A stretch of DNA of 64,000 nucleotides from Myxococcota bacterium (GCA_965247115.1 CBDFGR010000002.1:672001-736000); one strand, 5' to 3'. Shown: positions 20,655 through 31,290, numbered from the stretch's first letter. Notes: generated from the letters alone by a model not told the origin. Numbers and translations are program-made.

Positions 20655-22874
20655 GTGACCGAGATCGCCCACGCTCTCTTGCGCTTCCCTGGGCGCGGCT
20701 GGCTGCGCCGCGCTCTCACGCTCTCGCCAGGTGCGGCGCATGTGATCCGCTTCAGTGTCGCCGCTGCGGTGGCGGTCTGGATCGGGAAAGCCCCGGGCCT
20801 CGTCGAGAATCAGGGGTACTGGATCCTGCTCACCGTTTTGATCGTGATGCAGCCGACGACCGGGGGCTCCCTGGTCCGTGGCCTGCTGCGACTCGTGGGG
20901 ACGCTGGCAGGGGCAATGACGGCGATCCTGCTCTTCAGGCTCTTCGCCCAGCATCCGCCCCTGCTCATGGCCGCCATGTTCCTGGTCCAGGCGATCGCCG
21001 CCTACGGGAACTCGGGTCCCCGCTTTCAGTACGCCTGGTTCGTCTGGGCATTGACGAGCGCGATCGTGCTCGGCGAGGCCTTGGCGGGGCAGAGCGCCGT
21101 AGAGACCGTGGCCTTCCAACGTGCCTCCATGCTCGGCATCGGGATCGTCCTGATCTTCGTGGTTGACTCCCTGCTCTGGCCCGCGCGCGCCGAGCCGCAG
21201 CTGCGGCAGAGCCTCGCCTCGCGCGCGCGTAGTCTGGGCCAGGCGCTGAGGCGGGCCATTGCCCCTCCCGGAGCCGCCGACTCGGCACCGACCTCCGAAT
21301 CGGGGGTTCTCGCCGGTCAGCTCGGGCTCGTCGACGCGGTGCGCTCGGAGCTTGGAGTGTCAGGCGCCACGGCGGATGCACTCGCGCGCTTGGCGATGCT
21401 GCTGGAGACCCTGGCGTCGCGCGCGCGCGTGCTCGCGGGTCGAATCGAGCATACGCCGGAGCTCGCTCTCGAGAGTCGGGCACTCGACGCAGCGCTGCGC
21501 GAGCTGGCCCGCCAGATCGAGGCCGGGCTCGAGGAGATCGCCGATGCGCTTACCGCTTCCCGGCCACCCGTACGCTTGTGGGACGATCTCGAACGGGCAC
21601 TGCTTGCGGTGGAAGCCGAGCGGGACCCTTGGGTCCAGCGCAGTGGCCGCAGGGCGCCGCTTGAGGGGCACGCCGCCGACATACGGGATCTGGTTGCGGT
21701 GCTGCGCACGGCGGAGGACGCACTGTCGCCGATCGAGCGGTCGCGGCCACCAGCAACATCGGGATCGCAGCTGCAGTTCAGTCCGGACCCGCTTCGTCTT
21801 CGTCTGAAGATCGCGCTGCGGACCGGGACAGCCGTGATAGCCGCCTTCGTGATTCCGCTCGCACTGGGCTGGCCCGTGAACACTCTCGTGGCGCCGGTCG
21901 CCTTCATGTTCTGTGCGTTCAACCGTGGAGCCGGCGTGCTGGCGCTCGCGATGCTCTCGGCGATCCTCGGGTTGGGCTGGCTCGTGGCGGATCTCTCTCT
22001 CGTCTACGTCGCCCCACACGTGGGTCGCGCGCCGCTCGCGCTGGTGATCCCCTTCGGGGTGACGGCCACGTTCGCGCTCATCGCCGCCCGGAGACCGCAG
22101 CTCGCGCTGCTCCCGTCGGTCGGAGGCCTGATCGCGCTCCTACCGGTCTTCGGCGGAACGAGTGCACCCACTGACGTGTACGGGCCCTACAGCACGGTGT
22201 CTTACATGGCGATCGCGGTCGGGATCGGCTGGCTCTTCAGTCGGCTGATGTGGCCGGCGACGGCGGCGGGGCTCTTCCGCCAGCGGGTTGCCCTGCAGCT
22301 CGAGCTGTGCCTGGACGCTGTCCCCGGGTCTCCGGAGTCGGACGGGATCGAGCGCCGCCGTCGTGCTGCGAACTTGATCCGAGGCTGCACGCGGCAGACC
22401 GTGCAGCTCGGGCCCCTTCACCGCCAGGCGCTTCACGAACCCGTCGAGCGTGCGCTCGACGAGGCGCGTCGTGTGGAGATCCTTCCGCTCGCGCTGGACC
22501 TGATGGACGCGGTCCTCGGCTACCGCCCGGCAGACTCCGTACCGCTGCTGGAGCGCGGGGGTGCGCCACTGAGACCTCTGCTCGAGGCACTCCTGCGCGC
22601 GGAACGCGCGCTCCTCGAGCGCATGCAGTCCGCCGTCGATGTCCTGCGGGGCGAAGCCGCGTATACGCCTTCGGATCTGGCGGAGGCACAGCGCGTTTTC
22701 GAGGACCGCCTGTTCGAGCTGAGCTCAAGTCCAGTCGATATTTCTGACCTGACCGACGAGGAGAAGCGGCACCTGCTCGTCCAGCTCGACCGCGGCCACC
22801 GGCTCGTCGCCCGTCAGCTCACCATCGAAGACTGGTTGGCCGGCTGGCATGAGGCGGAGCGGTTGCAAACGTGA
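20655..22874 (+). CDS. FUSC-family inner membrane efflux protein (MdtO-like)
   Basis: WILLTVLIVMQP, RLVGTLAG, two TM blocks each ending in LWP/MWP. Confidence 0.8.
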   Translation: MTEIAHALLRFPGRGWLRRALTLSPGAAHVIRFSVAAAVAVWIGKAPGLVENQGYWILLTVLIVMQPTTGGSLVRGLLRLVGTLAGAMTAILLFRLFAQHPPLLMAAMFLVQAIAAYGNSGPRFQYAWFVWALTSAIVLGEALAGQSAVETVAFQRASMLGIGIVLIFVVDSLLWPARAEPQLRQSLASRARSLGQALRRAIAPPGAADSAPTSESGVLAGQLGLVDAVRSELGVSGATADALARLAMLLETLASRARVLAGRIEHTPELALESRALDAALRELARQIEAGLEEIADALTASRPPVRLWDDLERALLAVEAERDPWVQRSGRRAPLEGHAADIRDLVAVLRTAEDALSPIERSRPPATSGSQLQFSPDPLRLRLKIALRTGTAVIAAFVIPLALGWPVNTLVAPVAFMFCAFNRGAGVLALAMLSAILGLGWLVADLSLVYVAPHVGRAPLALVIPFGVTATFALIAARRPQLALLPSVGGLIALLPVFGGTSAPTDVYGPYSTVSYMAIAVGIGWLFSRLMWPATAAGLFRQRVALQLELCLDAVPGSPESDGIERRRRAANLIRGCTRQTVQLGPLHRQALHEPVERALDEARRVEILPLALDLMDAVLGYRPADSVPLLERGGAPLRPLLEALLRAERALLERMQSAVDVLRGEAAYTPSDLAEAQRVFEDRLFELSSSPVDISDLTDEEKRHLLVQLDRGHRLVARQLTIEDWLAGWHEAERLQT

Positions 22875-23069
22875 GACCATGAGGCTCCGTTGACGTTCGT
22901 GGAGAAACTCGAACTAGGACACTCCAGTTGCAGGCGCTTCCTCGGAGTCCAGCTCGAGTATGCTCCCGGTGACACCCTGGTTAACCAGCGTCGCGAGGAA
23001 TGCCGCGTTACGAGAGCTTGCGCAGATCGGAGCGATCGCGGGAGCGGCGTCGTCTCGCGATCAAGCAAA

Positions 23070-23885
23070 TCAATGAAACGGTCGGTCGCCTTTCACCGTG
23101 ACGCGGATGCCGTCGCGCACCTCCAGGTGGTAGTCCCACACCGCCATATGCTGCGTGCAGCGGTTGTCCCACATGGCTACCGAGTTGGCTTGCCACTGAA
23201 ACCGGCAGTGGAAGTTCGGATTTTTCACATGCTCGAACAGCATGTCGAGCAGCGCACGGCTCTCCAGCGCGTGCAGGCCTTTGATCCTTCGCGTGAACCC
23301 GGAGTTCACGAACAGCGCCTGGCGGCCGGTCACCGGGTGTGTGCGTACCACCGGATGCTCCGCCTTGGGGAACTCACGCTGCGGCGGATGGTCGCCGTAG
23401 ACGCCGGTGTAGTCGGCCACGTGCAGCGCGGTCAGCGGATCCAGGAACTTCCGGATCCCTTCTGACAGAGCGTCATACGCAGCGTACATGTTGGCAAACA
23501 GGGTATCGCCGCCCTGCGTCGGTACGGTATGCAGGTGCAGGATGCTGCCGAGCGGCGGCTCCTCGTCCGCCGATACATCGGAATGCCAGCCAGAGCCGTT
23601 GTTGCGGAACGAGCTCTTGTCCGTGCGGATCACCATCAGCTCGGGGTTGCCGTGTGCATACGGCGCGGCAGGATGCACGTGCAGCTCGCCGAAGCGCTGG
23701 CCGAAGGTCAGATGCTGGTCCGGAGTCAGCGCCTGGTCGCGAAAAAACAGCACCAGGTGCTCCATCCACGCAGCATGAATCTCGCCGAACGTCTCGTCGT
23801 CGAGCGGCTTGGTCAGATCGGCACCGTATACTATCGCGCCAATGGTCGGGGTCAGCGGCTCTACGTCGATCAACCGGTAACGCAC
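23070..23885 (-). CDS. tauD: Taurine dioxygenase-like Fe(II)/2OG dioxygenase
   Basis: GGAGGGGG RBS + GTG; PLTPTIGA, WHSDVS, GGDTLFA, HPVVRTHP, WDNRCTQH. Confidence 0.85.
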   Translation of the reverse strand: MRYRLIDVEPLTPTIGAIVYGADLTKPLDDETFGEIHAAWMEHLVLFFRDQALTPDQHLTFGQRFGELHVHPAAPYAHGNPELMVIRTDKSSFRNNGSGWHSDVSADEEPPLGSILHLHTVPTQGGDTLFANMYAAYDALSEGIRKFLDPLTALHVADYTGVYGDHPPQREFPKAEHPVVRTHPVTGRQALFVNSGFTRRIKGLHALESRALLDMLFEHVKNPNFHCRFQWQANSVAMWDNRCTQHMAVWDYHLEVRDGIRVTVKGDRPFH

Positions 23886-24006
23886 GCGCGCCCCCTCCGT
23901 GGTTGGGTTGTCGGGCGGGCCTGGAGCCCGGCTCCACAGCGACTTTGGATTGCAATCATACGTACTGCAGGGGGGCGGCCGCTCGTAGGCTACTATCACA
24001 GAGCAT

Positions 24007-24690
24007 CTAGACGCGCACGGTGAGCTCGAAGCCGCCCGCGAACGGGAGCGTCATCGTGCGGAAGCGGTTCTTCGGATCGTTCACGAACTCGAAGTAGTCA
24101 CCGTAGAGGTCCGCGTACCCCGCGGTGTTGTCACACACCACGATGGCTCCCTGGCGCAGGCTTGGGGACACACGTTCCAGGGCGGCTAGGGCCACCTCCC
24201 AGATGTCCACCAACATGAAGTCCACCGGACCGCCGACGTCCTGGAGACTCTGGCGGAGGTCGCCCTCGCGCAGCTCGATGAACTCGGCAAGCCCAGCCTC
24301 CTTGAAGTTTGCACGGGCCACCTCCGCCTTCTCCGGCTCGTACTCCGTTCCGATTACCACGCCGTGCTCGACCTGATTGTCGCGCACGGCGGCCGCCAGA
24401 TAGAGCGTCGAGACCCCGAACGAAGTGCCCGCTTCCACGACACGGGCGGCGCGCAGGGACCGGCAGAGCTGGTAGCAGAACTCCGCCTTGTCGCGATCCA
24501 GGGCGACCATCTTGTCCGAGAAGAAGCGATGCATGTCGTCGTCGAAGACGAAGACTCTCTCCTGGTCGAGCGTGCCTTCTTGAATGCGTCTGGCGAAATA
24601 GGCGCCCATTTCATCGTCCTGCGCCTCGCTCTGCGCGTGCAGGCGATCGAGCAGGGCCTCGAGCTTCGGATCGTTCAGCGGGGATGTCAT
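24007..24690 (-). CDS. Class I SAM-dependent O-methyltransferase
   Basis: VEAGTSFGVSTLYLA, DFMLVDIW, VCDN. Confidence 0.85.
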   Translation of the reverse strand: MTSPLNDPKLEALLDRLHAQSEAQDDEMGAYFARRIQEGTLDQERVFVFDDDMHRFFSDKMVALDRDKAEFCYQLCRSLRAARVVEAGTSFGVSTLYLAAAVRDNQVEHGVVIGTEYEPEKAEVARANFKEAGLAEFIELREGDLRQSLQDVGGPVDFMLVDIWEVALAALERVSPSLRQGAIVVCDNTAGYADLYGDYFEFVNDPKNRFRTMTLPFAGGFELTVRV

Positions 24691-24710
24691 GCTTGCCTTC
24701 TCCCGATCCG

Positions 24711-25056
24711 TTACAGCTCGTCTGCCGAGTAGTTGCTCTTCTCGTGGAAGTTGAGGGGTTGGGTGAGCGCCCCGACGAAGGTCAATTTTTTCACCACCCG
24801 ACCGCCATGCAACGCCCGAGCAGGCACGAACATGTAGGCGCCAGGCTTGATGGTCGTCACGCTGCCGTCTGCCGGATCCACCGCTTCATACTCGCCGGAT
24901 ACGAAGTACAGGTGAGTGTCCCAGGTGTGCCAGTGTGGTTCCTCCATCGGCCCCTCGTTCATTTCCACGGAGAAGGGGCCAAAGCCCCTGCCTGACAAAG
25001 TCCAGCAGTGCGTCTTCTTTGCTGTTGTACTTGTCGCTGTGGATCTCGATTGCCAT
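24711..25056 (-). CDS. Small cupin protein (frameshift at ~24975)
   Basis: GGGAGG RBS + MAIEIHSDKY...RQGLWP joins FSVEM...PHWHTWD...VPARALHG after removing one base from the run at 24975-24978 (~114 aa). Confidence 0.7.
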
Positions 25057-25123
25057 GGTGCACCTCCCGTCGCAGGGATCGTAACACCAAAACTCGGTCG
25101 GGAGTTGAGCCTTTCGGCGATCC

Positions 25124-25567
25124 TCAACCCAGCACCCCCGCCAGGTAACGCGCGTAGGAGCGCGACATGACCAGGAGAAAGGCGGATGGGTCGCGGAGAA
25201 TCTCAGTGGCGACACCGGCCACATCCGTGCGGGCAGCGGCTCCAGCAGGAAACATCCTCTCGCCCAGGTCGAGGGCACACACGGACGGAAGCAGCGTCGC
25301 GGCCTCAGCAGCGGGTATCCGGAACGCAGCCCGGACGTGGCCGAGGTCGACGATCGCCACGTGGTCCGGCGGCGGACCCAAGACGGTCCATTCGCCAGGG
25401 GTAACGCACCAAATGAGCCGCTGCCCTTCGTGTCTGACGTGGCCCACGGGGCAGCCGCGCTCCGAAGGGTCGGCAAACGTACGCCACTTCGGGGCAAGCG
25501 ACATGTCTTCCCAGCCGTCGGGCAGCTCGTCGAAGGGCGACATTGCTGCAGGGGAGAACTCAGCCAC
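25124..25567 (-). CDS. mgdD: NMG dehydrogenase / sarcosine oxidase gamma subunit (SoxG-like)
   Basis: PGEW, LPSVCALDL, RSYARYL; GTG start overlaps the alpha-subunit stop. Confidence 0.75.
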   Translation of the reverse strand: MAEFSPAAMSPFDELPDGWEDMSLAPKWRTFADPSERGCPVGHVRHEGQRLIWCVTPGEWTVLGPPPDHVAIVDLGHVRAAFRIPAAEAATLLPSVCALDLGERMFPAGAAARTDVAGVATEILRDPSAFLLVMSRSYARYLAGVLG

Positions 25568-28424
25568 GAAGCCGCACCCCCTCGGGATCGAAGTGGGCAT
25601 GATGCTCCATCACCCGCGCCTCGACTCTCTCACCACCGGGGAGGACGATGGTCAGCAACGACCCGGGCTCGGCGAGCGCAGCGGCGACTTGTGCGAGGCA
25701 GATCGCCCGGTCGAGCGTCGGGGACCATCGCGAGGAAGTGACACGGCCGACGATCCGGGCGCCGTCGACGATCTGGGACCCTTCGGGCGGGACTACGCTG
25801 GGGGCGGCGGGCTGGATCGCAACGAGCAGCGGGGACCCGCCGGCGCTATCCCAGTCGTCGGCCTGCCACACCAGCTCTGACTTGCCCACGAAGTCGTCCT
25901 TGTCGGTCTTGATTGCCTGGCCGATGCCCGCCTGCCGGCCACGCAGTAGCGCATCGGTGTCTTGACCGACGATGAAGTGTCCCTTCTCGAGGCGCATGAT
26001 CCGCTGCGCCTCCACACCGAACGGGGCAATGCCGAAGTCACCACCGGCGTCGAGGATCGACTCCCATACGTGCAGCCCGTAGTTCGCCGGGACATGGACC
26101 TCGTACGACAGCTCTCCCGTGAACCCAATGCGCCAGATGACGCAGTCGGGAACGCCGGCCACCGTACCCACCCGCACGCGCATGTACGGGAACGCTCCCG
26201 GGTCGAGGTCGACGTCGGTCACGAGCCGCTCCATGAGCATCCGAGATTTTGGTCCAGCGACATTCATGGAGGCGAAGCCGTCGGTGACCGCGGTCATCTG
26301 GATGTCCTTGCCCCGGAAACGGGTCTGGATCCACTCCTCGAGCCAGTTCCATACCTGCCCGGCTCCGCCAGACGTCGTGGTCATCAGGTAGCGAGCCTCG
26401 GCGAGCCGCCCGGTGACACCGTCATCGAACACCACACCATCCTCACCGCACATCACGCCGTATCGCACCGAACCGACAGCGAGCTTCCGCCACCGGTTCG
26501 TGTAGACAAACTCGAGCAGCTCGGGAACGTCTGCGCCCTGCAGATCGATCTTTCCGAGCGGGGTCACGTCGATCATGCCGACGTTCTCCCTGACGTTGCG
26601 GACCTCGCTGTGTGGATCTCCGTAGTGGTCGGGGCGGATCCATTGCCCGGCGACCAGACGAGCTGCACCTTCGGCCTCGTGCCACGAGTGCATCGGCGAG
26701 TACCGGACCGGCTCCAGCATCGGCCCCGCCAGAGCCCCCAAGCTCATCGGAGCATAAGGTGGACGCCACGTCGTCGTGCCGGTCTCGCCGATGAACGTTC
26801 CGGTGGCCTCGGCGTGGATGGCCACGGCGTTCACCACCTCCAGCTTGCCCTGGATCGGACCCATGGTGACCGTGGTGAAACGCTTTGCCAGCTCGATCGA
26901 GTCGTAGCCCTCGCTGATGGCCGCCAGCAGATCCTTCGACGATACGTCTTCGGAGAAATCGACGAAGCCGTGGGAGGTCGTCCTGAAGACCTCGGGGTGG
27001 TCGGCCGCAGGGAGCTCGGGGATGACATCGCCGTCACCAACGGGTGCGTCGTCGGGAGTTGCCTCGGGCGCGGCTGCCGCAGGGGTTACACGCTGCAGCG
27101 CCGCCCTCCCCTTCGCCGCGCGACGAGCCGCCTCGCGGCCGACCGCGGTGCCGTGGGCAACCAGGTCGGCGCCGGATCCATCCCCGAGGATGCCTCCGGT
27201 GGCCAGTACCGCGTCGGGCAGGTCGCCGGGGAGGAAGCGGGCCGCCTTCGGGGAGTACGTCGGGCGGTTCCCTGCCATGTTGAGCAGCGCCGTTGGCGTG
27301 GTCCAGCCCACCGCGGTGACCAGCAGATCGGCTTCGACCCGCCTCCCCCCTGCGAGCTCCACGGCTCGCACGCGCCCCCGGCCGAAGGCCCGCACGATGT
27401 CCCCCCCGGCACGGACGTCGACCGTCACGACCTCCGTGCCGGTCCGGCGGAGCGCGGCGGCTGCGGCGTCGCCAGAGCCATTGGCCGTCACGACGACGGC
27501 GCGTTTCCCAGGCTTGACGCCGTAGAGGTTGATGAGCCGCAATACCGCAGTCGACAGCTGGACCCCCGGGAGATCGTTTCCCTCGAAGACGTAGGGACGT
27601 TCGATGGTTCCTGCGGCCACTACGAGGGCCTTCGCCCTTGCCTTCACCAGACGCTCGGCAATCCCGGGCACGTTGCGTTGGACGACGGCGACCCAGTTGT
27701 CGAGATACTGCCCGACCACCACCGAATCGGTCATCAGCTCGATGGCGTCGTTGGCCTCGACCCGGGCGCGCAGCTCTGCGAGGAGCGCCAGCTCCGCCGT
27801 GTCGCCCCAGCGGAGGTGGCCCCCGATTCTCGCTTGATCGTCCACGAGGATTACGGACGCACCCGCCTCGGCGGCAGCGATGGCAGCCGCCATCCCCGCT
27901 GGCCCGCCACCGGCGACGAGCACGTCCGGATGGGCGTACCTATGGTCGTATGCCTCGTCGCCCACAACGGGCGACACCTCGCCGCCGGCGCTGAACCGGC
28001 GCAGCACCCGCTGGTACCACGGCTGAAATGCGCGCGGCCAGATGAAGGTCTTGTAATAGAACCCCGGGCCGAGGAAGCGGCCGACGAGCCGGTTGGCGGC
28101 TTTCAGGTCCAGGGCCAGGGACGGCCACGCGTTCTGGGCGTCGACACGCATCCCGTTTTCGATCCTGCGTTGACCGGCGCGTACGTTGGGCTCGTCGCCC
28201 ACCTGCACGAAGAGGTTCGGGTCGTGCTGGTCTGCGGTGAGGATGCCCCGGGGACGGTGGTACTTGAAGCTGCGGGAAAAGACTGAGACTCCGCCGGCAG
28301 CGAGGGCCGATGCGATCGTGTCGCCGTGGTAGCCGTGGCGTGGGCGACCGTTCCAGTGGAAACCTACGGAGACGTCACGGTCGATCTCTTCACCGGGCTG
28401 TCGAGAAAGACGCAGGTCATCCAT
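25560..28424 (-). CDS. mgdC: NMG dehydrogenase / sarcosine oxidase alpha subunit (SoxA-like)
   Basis: GDTIASAL, RSFKYHRPRG, GGGPAG, KRFTTVTMGPIQG, GcvT-like GFTGELSYE and RLEKG. Confidence 0.9.
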   Translation of the reverse strand: MDDLRLSRQPGEEIDRDVSVGFHWNGRPRHGYHGDTIASALAAGGVSVFSRSFKYHRPRGILTADQHDPNLFVQVGDEPNVRAGQRRIENGMRVDAQNAWPSLALDLKAANRLVGRFLGPGFYYKTFIWPRAFQPWYQRVLRRFSAGGEVSPVVGDEAYDHRYAHPDVLVAGGGPAGMAAAIAAAEAGASVILVDDQARIGGHLRWGDTAELALLAELRARVEANDAIELMTDSVVVGQYLDNWVAVVQRNVPGIAERLVKARAKALVVAAGTIERPYVFEGNDLPGVQLSTAVLRLINLYGVKPGKRAVVVTANGSGDAAAAALRRTGTEVVTVDVRAGGDIVRAFGRGRVRAVELAGGRRVEADLLVTAVGWTTPTALLNMAGNRPTYSPKAARFLPGDLPDAVLATGGILGDGSGADLVAHGTAVGREAARRAAKGRAALQRVTPAAAAPEATPDDAPVGDGDVIPELPAADHPEVFRTTSHGFVDFSEDVSSKDLLAAISEGYDSIELAKRFTTVTMGPIQGKLEVVNAVAIHAEATGTFIGETGTTTWRPPYAPMSLGALAGPMLEPVRYSPMHSWHEAEGAARLVAGQWIRPDHYGDPHSEVRNVRENVGMIDVTPLGKIDLQGADVPELLEFVYTNRWRKLAVGSVRYGVMCGEDGVVFDDGVTGRLAEARYLMTTTSGGAGQVWNWLEEWIQTRFRGKDIQMTAVTDGFASMNVAGPKSRMLMERLVTDVDLDPGAFPYMRVRVGTVAGVPDCVIWRIGFTGELSYEVHVPANYGLHVWESILDAGGDFGIAPFGVEAQRIMRLEKGHFIVGQDTDALLRGRQAGIGQAIKTDKDDFVGKSELVWQADDWDSAGGSPLLVAIQPAAPSVVPPEGSQIVDGARIVGRVTSSRWSPTLDRAICLAQVAAALAEPGSLLTIVLPGGERVEARVMEHHAHFDPEGVRLRG

Positions 28425-28671
28425 CGACCAGGTCCTCCACGGAGCGGATTTGGTTGGTGACCGTGTGGCGCTCGATGCGCAGGAACCTGCGGCAGCCCAT
28501 GCCGTGGAACCACTGCTCGGTGACCCAGCCGGCCAGGTTCGATTCCTCGTACAGGTAGCGCCGCCATTCCGTTCTGGTGGACGTCGGCGGTGGTCGTTGC
28601 TTCTGCTCGTGCTGATAGGTGAACTCGGAGCTGTTGCGGGACCCGCAGTGCGGACAGACGATGAGCAGCAT
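28417..28671 (-). CDS. mgdB: NMG dehydrogenase / sarcosine oxidase delta subunit (SoxD-like)
   Basis: CPHCG...EF...H..GC Zn ligands; 84 aa. Confidence 0.9.
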   Translation of the reverse strand: MLLIVCPHCGSRNSSEFTYQHEQKQRPPPTSTRTEWRRYLYEESNLAGWVTEQWFHGMGCRRFLRIERHTVTNQIRSVEDLVDG

Positions 28672-28675
28672 GTCT

Positions 28676-29929
28676 TTAGTGCCCCACAGCCGCGGCGCCG
28701 CGCTCAGCCATCAACTCGCCGCGCTGGAAACGAGCAAAGTCGAAGGGGACGATCAGCTCTGGGACTTCCCCGGTGGCAATGAGACCCGCCATCGCCTCGC
28801 CAGCCACCGGACCCGCCTTGAAGCCGTACGTGCCCCACCCGACGTCGACCAGGAAACCCTCGACGGGCGTCACGCCGATGATCGGGGCGAAGTCGGGGGT
28901 CATGTCACAGAGACCGGCCCACTGGCGCAGAACGCGCGTGTTTCGCAGCGAGGGCATGAGCTCGAGCACGTGGTGGGCAAGGCCTTCGATGAACTCGAGG
29001 GAGCCTCGAGTCGAGTAGGAAGCGAAGGGGTCGACACTGGCCCCGAAGACCAGCTCCCCCCTGGAGGTCTGACTGACGTACACGTGAAGGGAGCCCGAGA
29101 CCACGACCGGGTGGAGGAAGGGTTTCACTGGCTCTGTCACCGCGGCCTGGAGCGGCCGCGTGTGGATGGGGAGCCGCACGCCGGCCTGTGCCGAGACCAG
29201 CGACGACCACCCCGCTGTGCAATTGACCACCACCGGTGAGCTGATGGTTCCGGCGGACGTCCGGACTCCTTTCACCCTTCCCTCTTCGACATCGACGCCG
29301 GTCACCTCGGTGCCTTGATGGATGTGCACCCCGCGGGCGCCCGCGCCCGTTGCATAGCCCCAGACGACCCCGTCGTGCCGGATGATCCCGCCGGGCGGGT
29401 GCCACAGGGCGCCCAGGATGGGGTACCGGGGATGCGACGACACGTCGATGAAGGGCGCGAGCTCAGCCACCGTCGCGGGGTCGATGACCTCCGAATCGAT
29501 ACCCTCCAGCTTGTTGACCTCTGCCCGCCACCTCATGGTGCGCAGGGACGCGTCGGTGTGGGCGAGGGTCATGTGTCCCCGCCGCTCGAAGAGCACATTG
29601 AAGTTGAGCTCCTCCGAGAGCCTGCCGTAGAGGTCGAGCGACCGCTGATAGAACCGGGATCCCTCTGGCGTGAGGTAGTTGGAACGCACAATGGCCGTAT
29701 TGCGCCCCGACCCGCCGCTGCCGATGTACCACTTCTCCAGGACGGCCACGTTGGTGATCCCGTGGTTGCGGGCCAGGTAGTAAGCGGTGGCGAGCCCATG
29801 CACACCGCCACCGACGATCACGACGTCATAAGACCGCTTCAGATCGTGGACGGGGAACTGTCGGGGCCAGGCCTCGCCGGTCAGTCCCCGGCGTAGCAGC
29901 CCGAAGGCAGAGAAGCGGCCCTTCGTCAC
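28676..29929 (-). CDS. mgdA: NMG dehydrogenase / sarcosine oxidase beta subunit (SoxB-like)
   Basis: GGGVHGLATAYYLA, GRNTAIVRSNY, RHD, WGTYGFKAGP, C-terminal AAVGH. Confidence 0.9.
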   Translation of the reverse strand: MTKGRFSAFGLLRRGLTGEAWPRQFPVHDLKRSYDVVIVGGGVHGLATAYYLARNHGITNVAVLEKWYIGSGGSGRNTAIVRSNYLTPEGSRFYQRSLDLYGRLSEELNFNVLFERRGHMTLAHTDASLRTMRWRAEVNKLEGIDSEVIDPATVAELAPFIDVSSHPRYPILGALWHPPGGIIRHDGVVWGYATGAGARGVHIHQGTEVTGVDVEEGRVKGVRTSAGTISSPVVVNCTAGWSSLVSAQAGVRLPIHTRPLQAAVTEPVKPFLHPVVVSGSLHVYVSQTSRGELVFGASVDPFASYSTRGSLEFIEGLAHHVLELMPSLRNTRVLRQWAGLCDMTPDFAPIIGVTPVEGFLVDVGWGTYGFKAGPVAGEAMAGLIATGEVPELIVPFDFARFQRGELMAERGAAAVGH

Positions 29930-31290
29930 TTCTCCCCGCCCGGGATCCAGCTCGTGCCGGCCAGGGGCACCCGCGCCATGGCCGCGGCCTCGACCGTCAG
30001 CGCCACCAGGTCCTCCGGCTCGAGGTTGTGGACGTCAGACTTCCCGCACGCCCTCGCCAACGCGGTCACCTCCATAGTTAGGGAGGAGAGATAGTTGGCG
30101 ACGCGGCGAGCGCCCATCTCCGGGTCGAGGCGTCGCTCCAGCTCCGGTGTCTGGGTTGTGATGCCCATGGGGCACAGCCCGGTTTGCATGTGGTGGCAGT
30201 AGCCTGGCTCGGTCCCGATGGCTGCGTAGTCTCCCGTGGCGTCGTACTCGACGCCATCGATCGTATAGGATCGGCTGTTGCACCCGAGGGCGACAAGCGC
30301 CGCCGTGCCGATGCTCACGGCATCCGCCCCCAGGGCGAGCGCCTTGGCAACGTCGCCGCCGCTGCGGATCCCGCCGGAGACGATCAGCTGCACCTCGTCC
30401 TGCATGCCGATGTCTCGCAGCGCCTCGGCCGCCTGGCGCACCGCCGGCATGGTAGGGATGCCGGCGTGCTCGATGAAGACATCCTGGGTGGCCGCCGTGC
30501 CTCCCTGGAGCCCGTCGACGACGACGACCTCCGCTCCGGCAGCCACACACAGCTTCACGTCGTTCTCGACGCGGGTGGCGCCGATCTTGATGAAGACGGG
30601 CTTCTCCCAGCTCGTCGCCTCGCGCAGCTCCTCGATCTTGATGCGCAGGTCGTCGGGACCCGTCCAATCGGGATGGCGGCTCGCCGACCGCTGGTCGATG
30701 CCCGGGGGCAACGTTCGCATGTCGGCGACGCGCTCGCTGACCTTCTGCCCGAGGAGCATCCCTCCGCCACCCGGCTTGGCGCCCTGGCCGATCACAACCT
30801 CGACGGCGTCTGCCTGCATGAGGTCCGTCGGGTTGAACCCATACCGTGATGGCAGCAACTGGTAGACGAGGATCTGCGACGCCCGCCGCTCCTCCGGGGT
30901 CATCCCACCGTCGCCGGTGGTCGTCGACGTGCCGACCATTGTCGCCGCCCTCCCCAGGGCCTCCTTGGCGTTGGCCGACAGCGCCCCAAAGCTCATGCCG
31001 GCGATCGTGATGGGGATCGCGAGCTCGATGGGCTTGGACGCAAAGCGGGTACCGAGCACGGTCGTGGTATCGCAACGCTCCCGGTACCCCTCCAGCGGAT
31101 AGCGTGACGCGGAAGCGGTAAGAAACACCAGGTCGTCGAATCCCGGCACTGCTCGCTTGGCACCACCGCCGCGGATCTCGTAATGACCCTCGGCGGCCGC
31201 CATCTGGATCTGGCCGATAGTCTCCGGGGGGAAGGTCGCATTGTGCCGCCGGCCGTGGGGCGGAATGAGGGGGACGGGGGTCTCGGTCAT
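29926..31290 (-). CDS. mgsC: NMG synthase subunit C (FMN-binding glutamate synthase domain, GlxD-like)
   Basis: AGMSFGALS, GQGAKPGGGG, RHPDWTGPDDL, ARACGK. Confidence 0.9.
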   Translation of the reverse strand: MTETPVPLIPPHGRRHNATFPPETIGQIQMAAAEGHYEIRGGGAKRAVPGFDDLVFLTASASRYPLEGYRERCDTTTVLGTRFASKPIELAIPITIAGMSFGALSANAKEALGRAATMVGTSTTTGDGGMTPEERRASQILVYQLLPSRYGFNPTDLMQADAVEVVIGQGAKPGGGGMLLGQKVSERVADMRTLPPGIDQRSASRHPDWTGPDDLRIKIEELREATSWEKPVFIKIGATRVENDVKLCVAAGAEVVVVDGLQGGTAATQDVFIEHAGIPTMPAVRQAAEALRDIGMQDEVQLIVSGGIRSGGDVAKALALGADAVSIGTAALVALGCNSRSYTIDGVEYDATGDYAAIGTEPGYCHHMQTGLCPMGITTQTPELERRLDPEMGARRVANYLSSLTMEVTALARACGKSDVHNLEPEDLVALTVEAAAMARVPLAGTSWIPGGEK

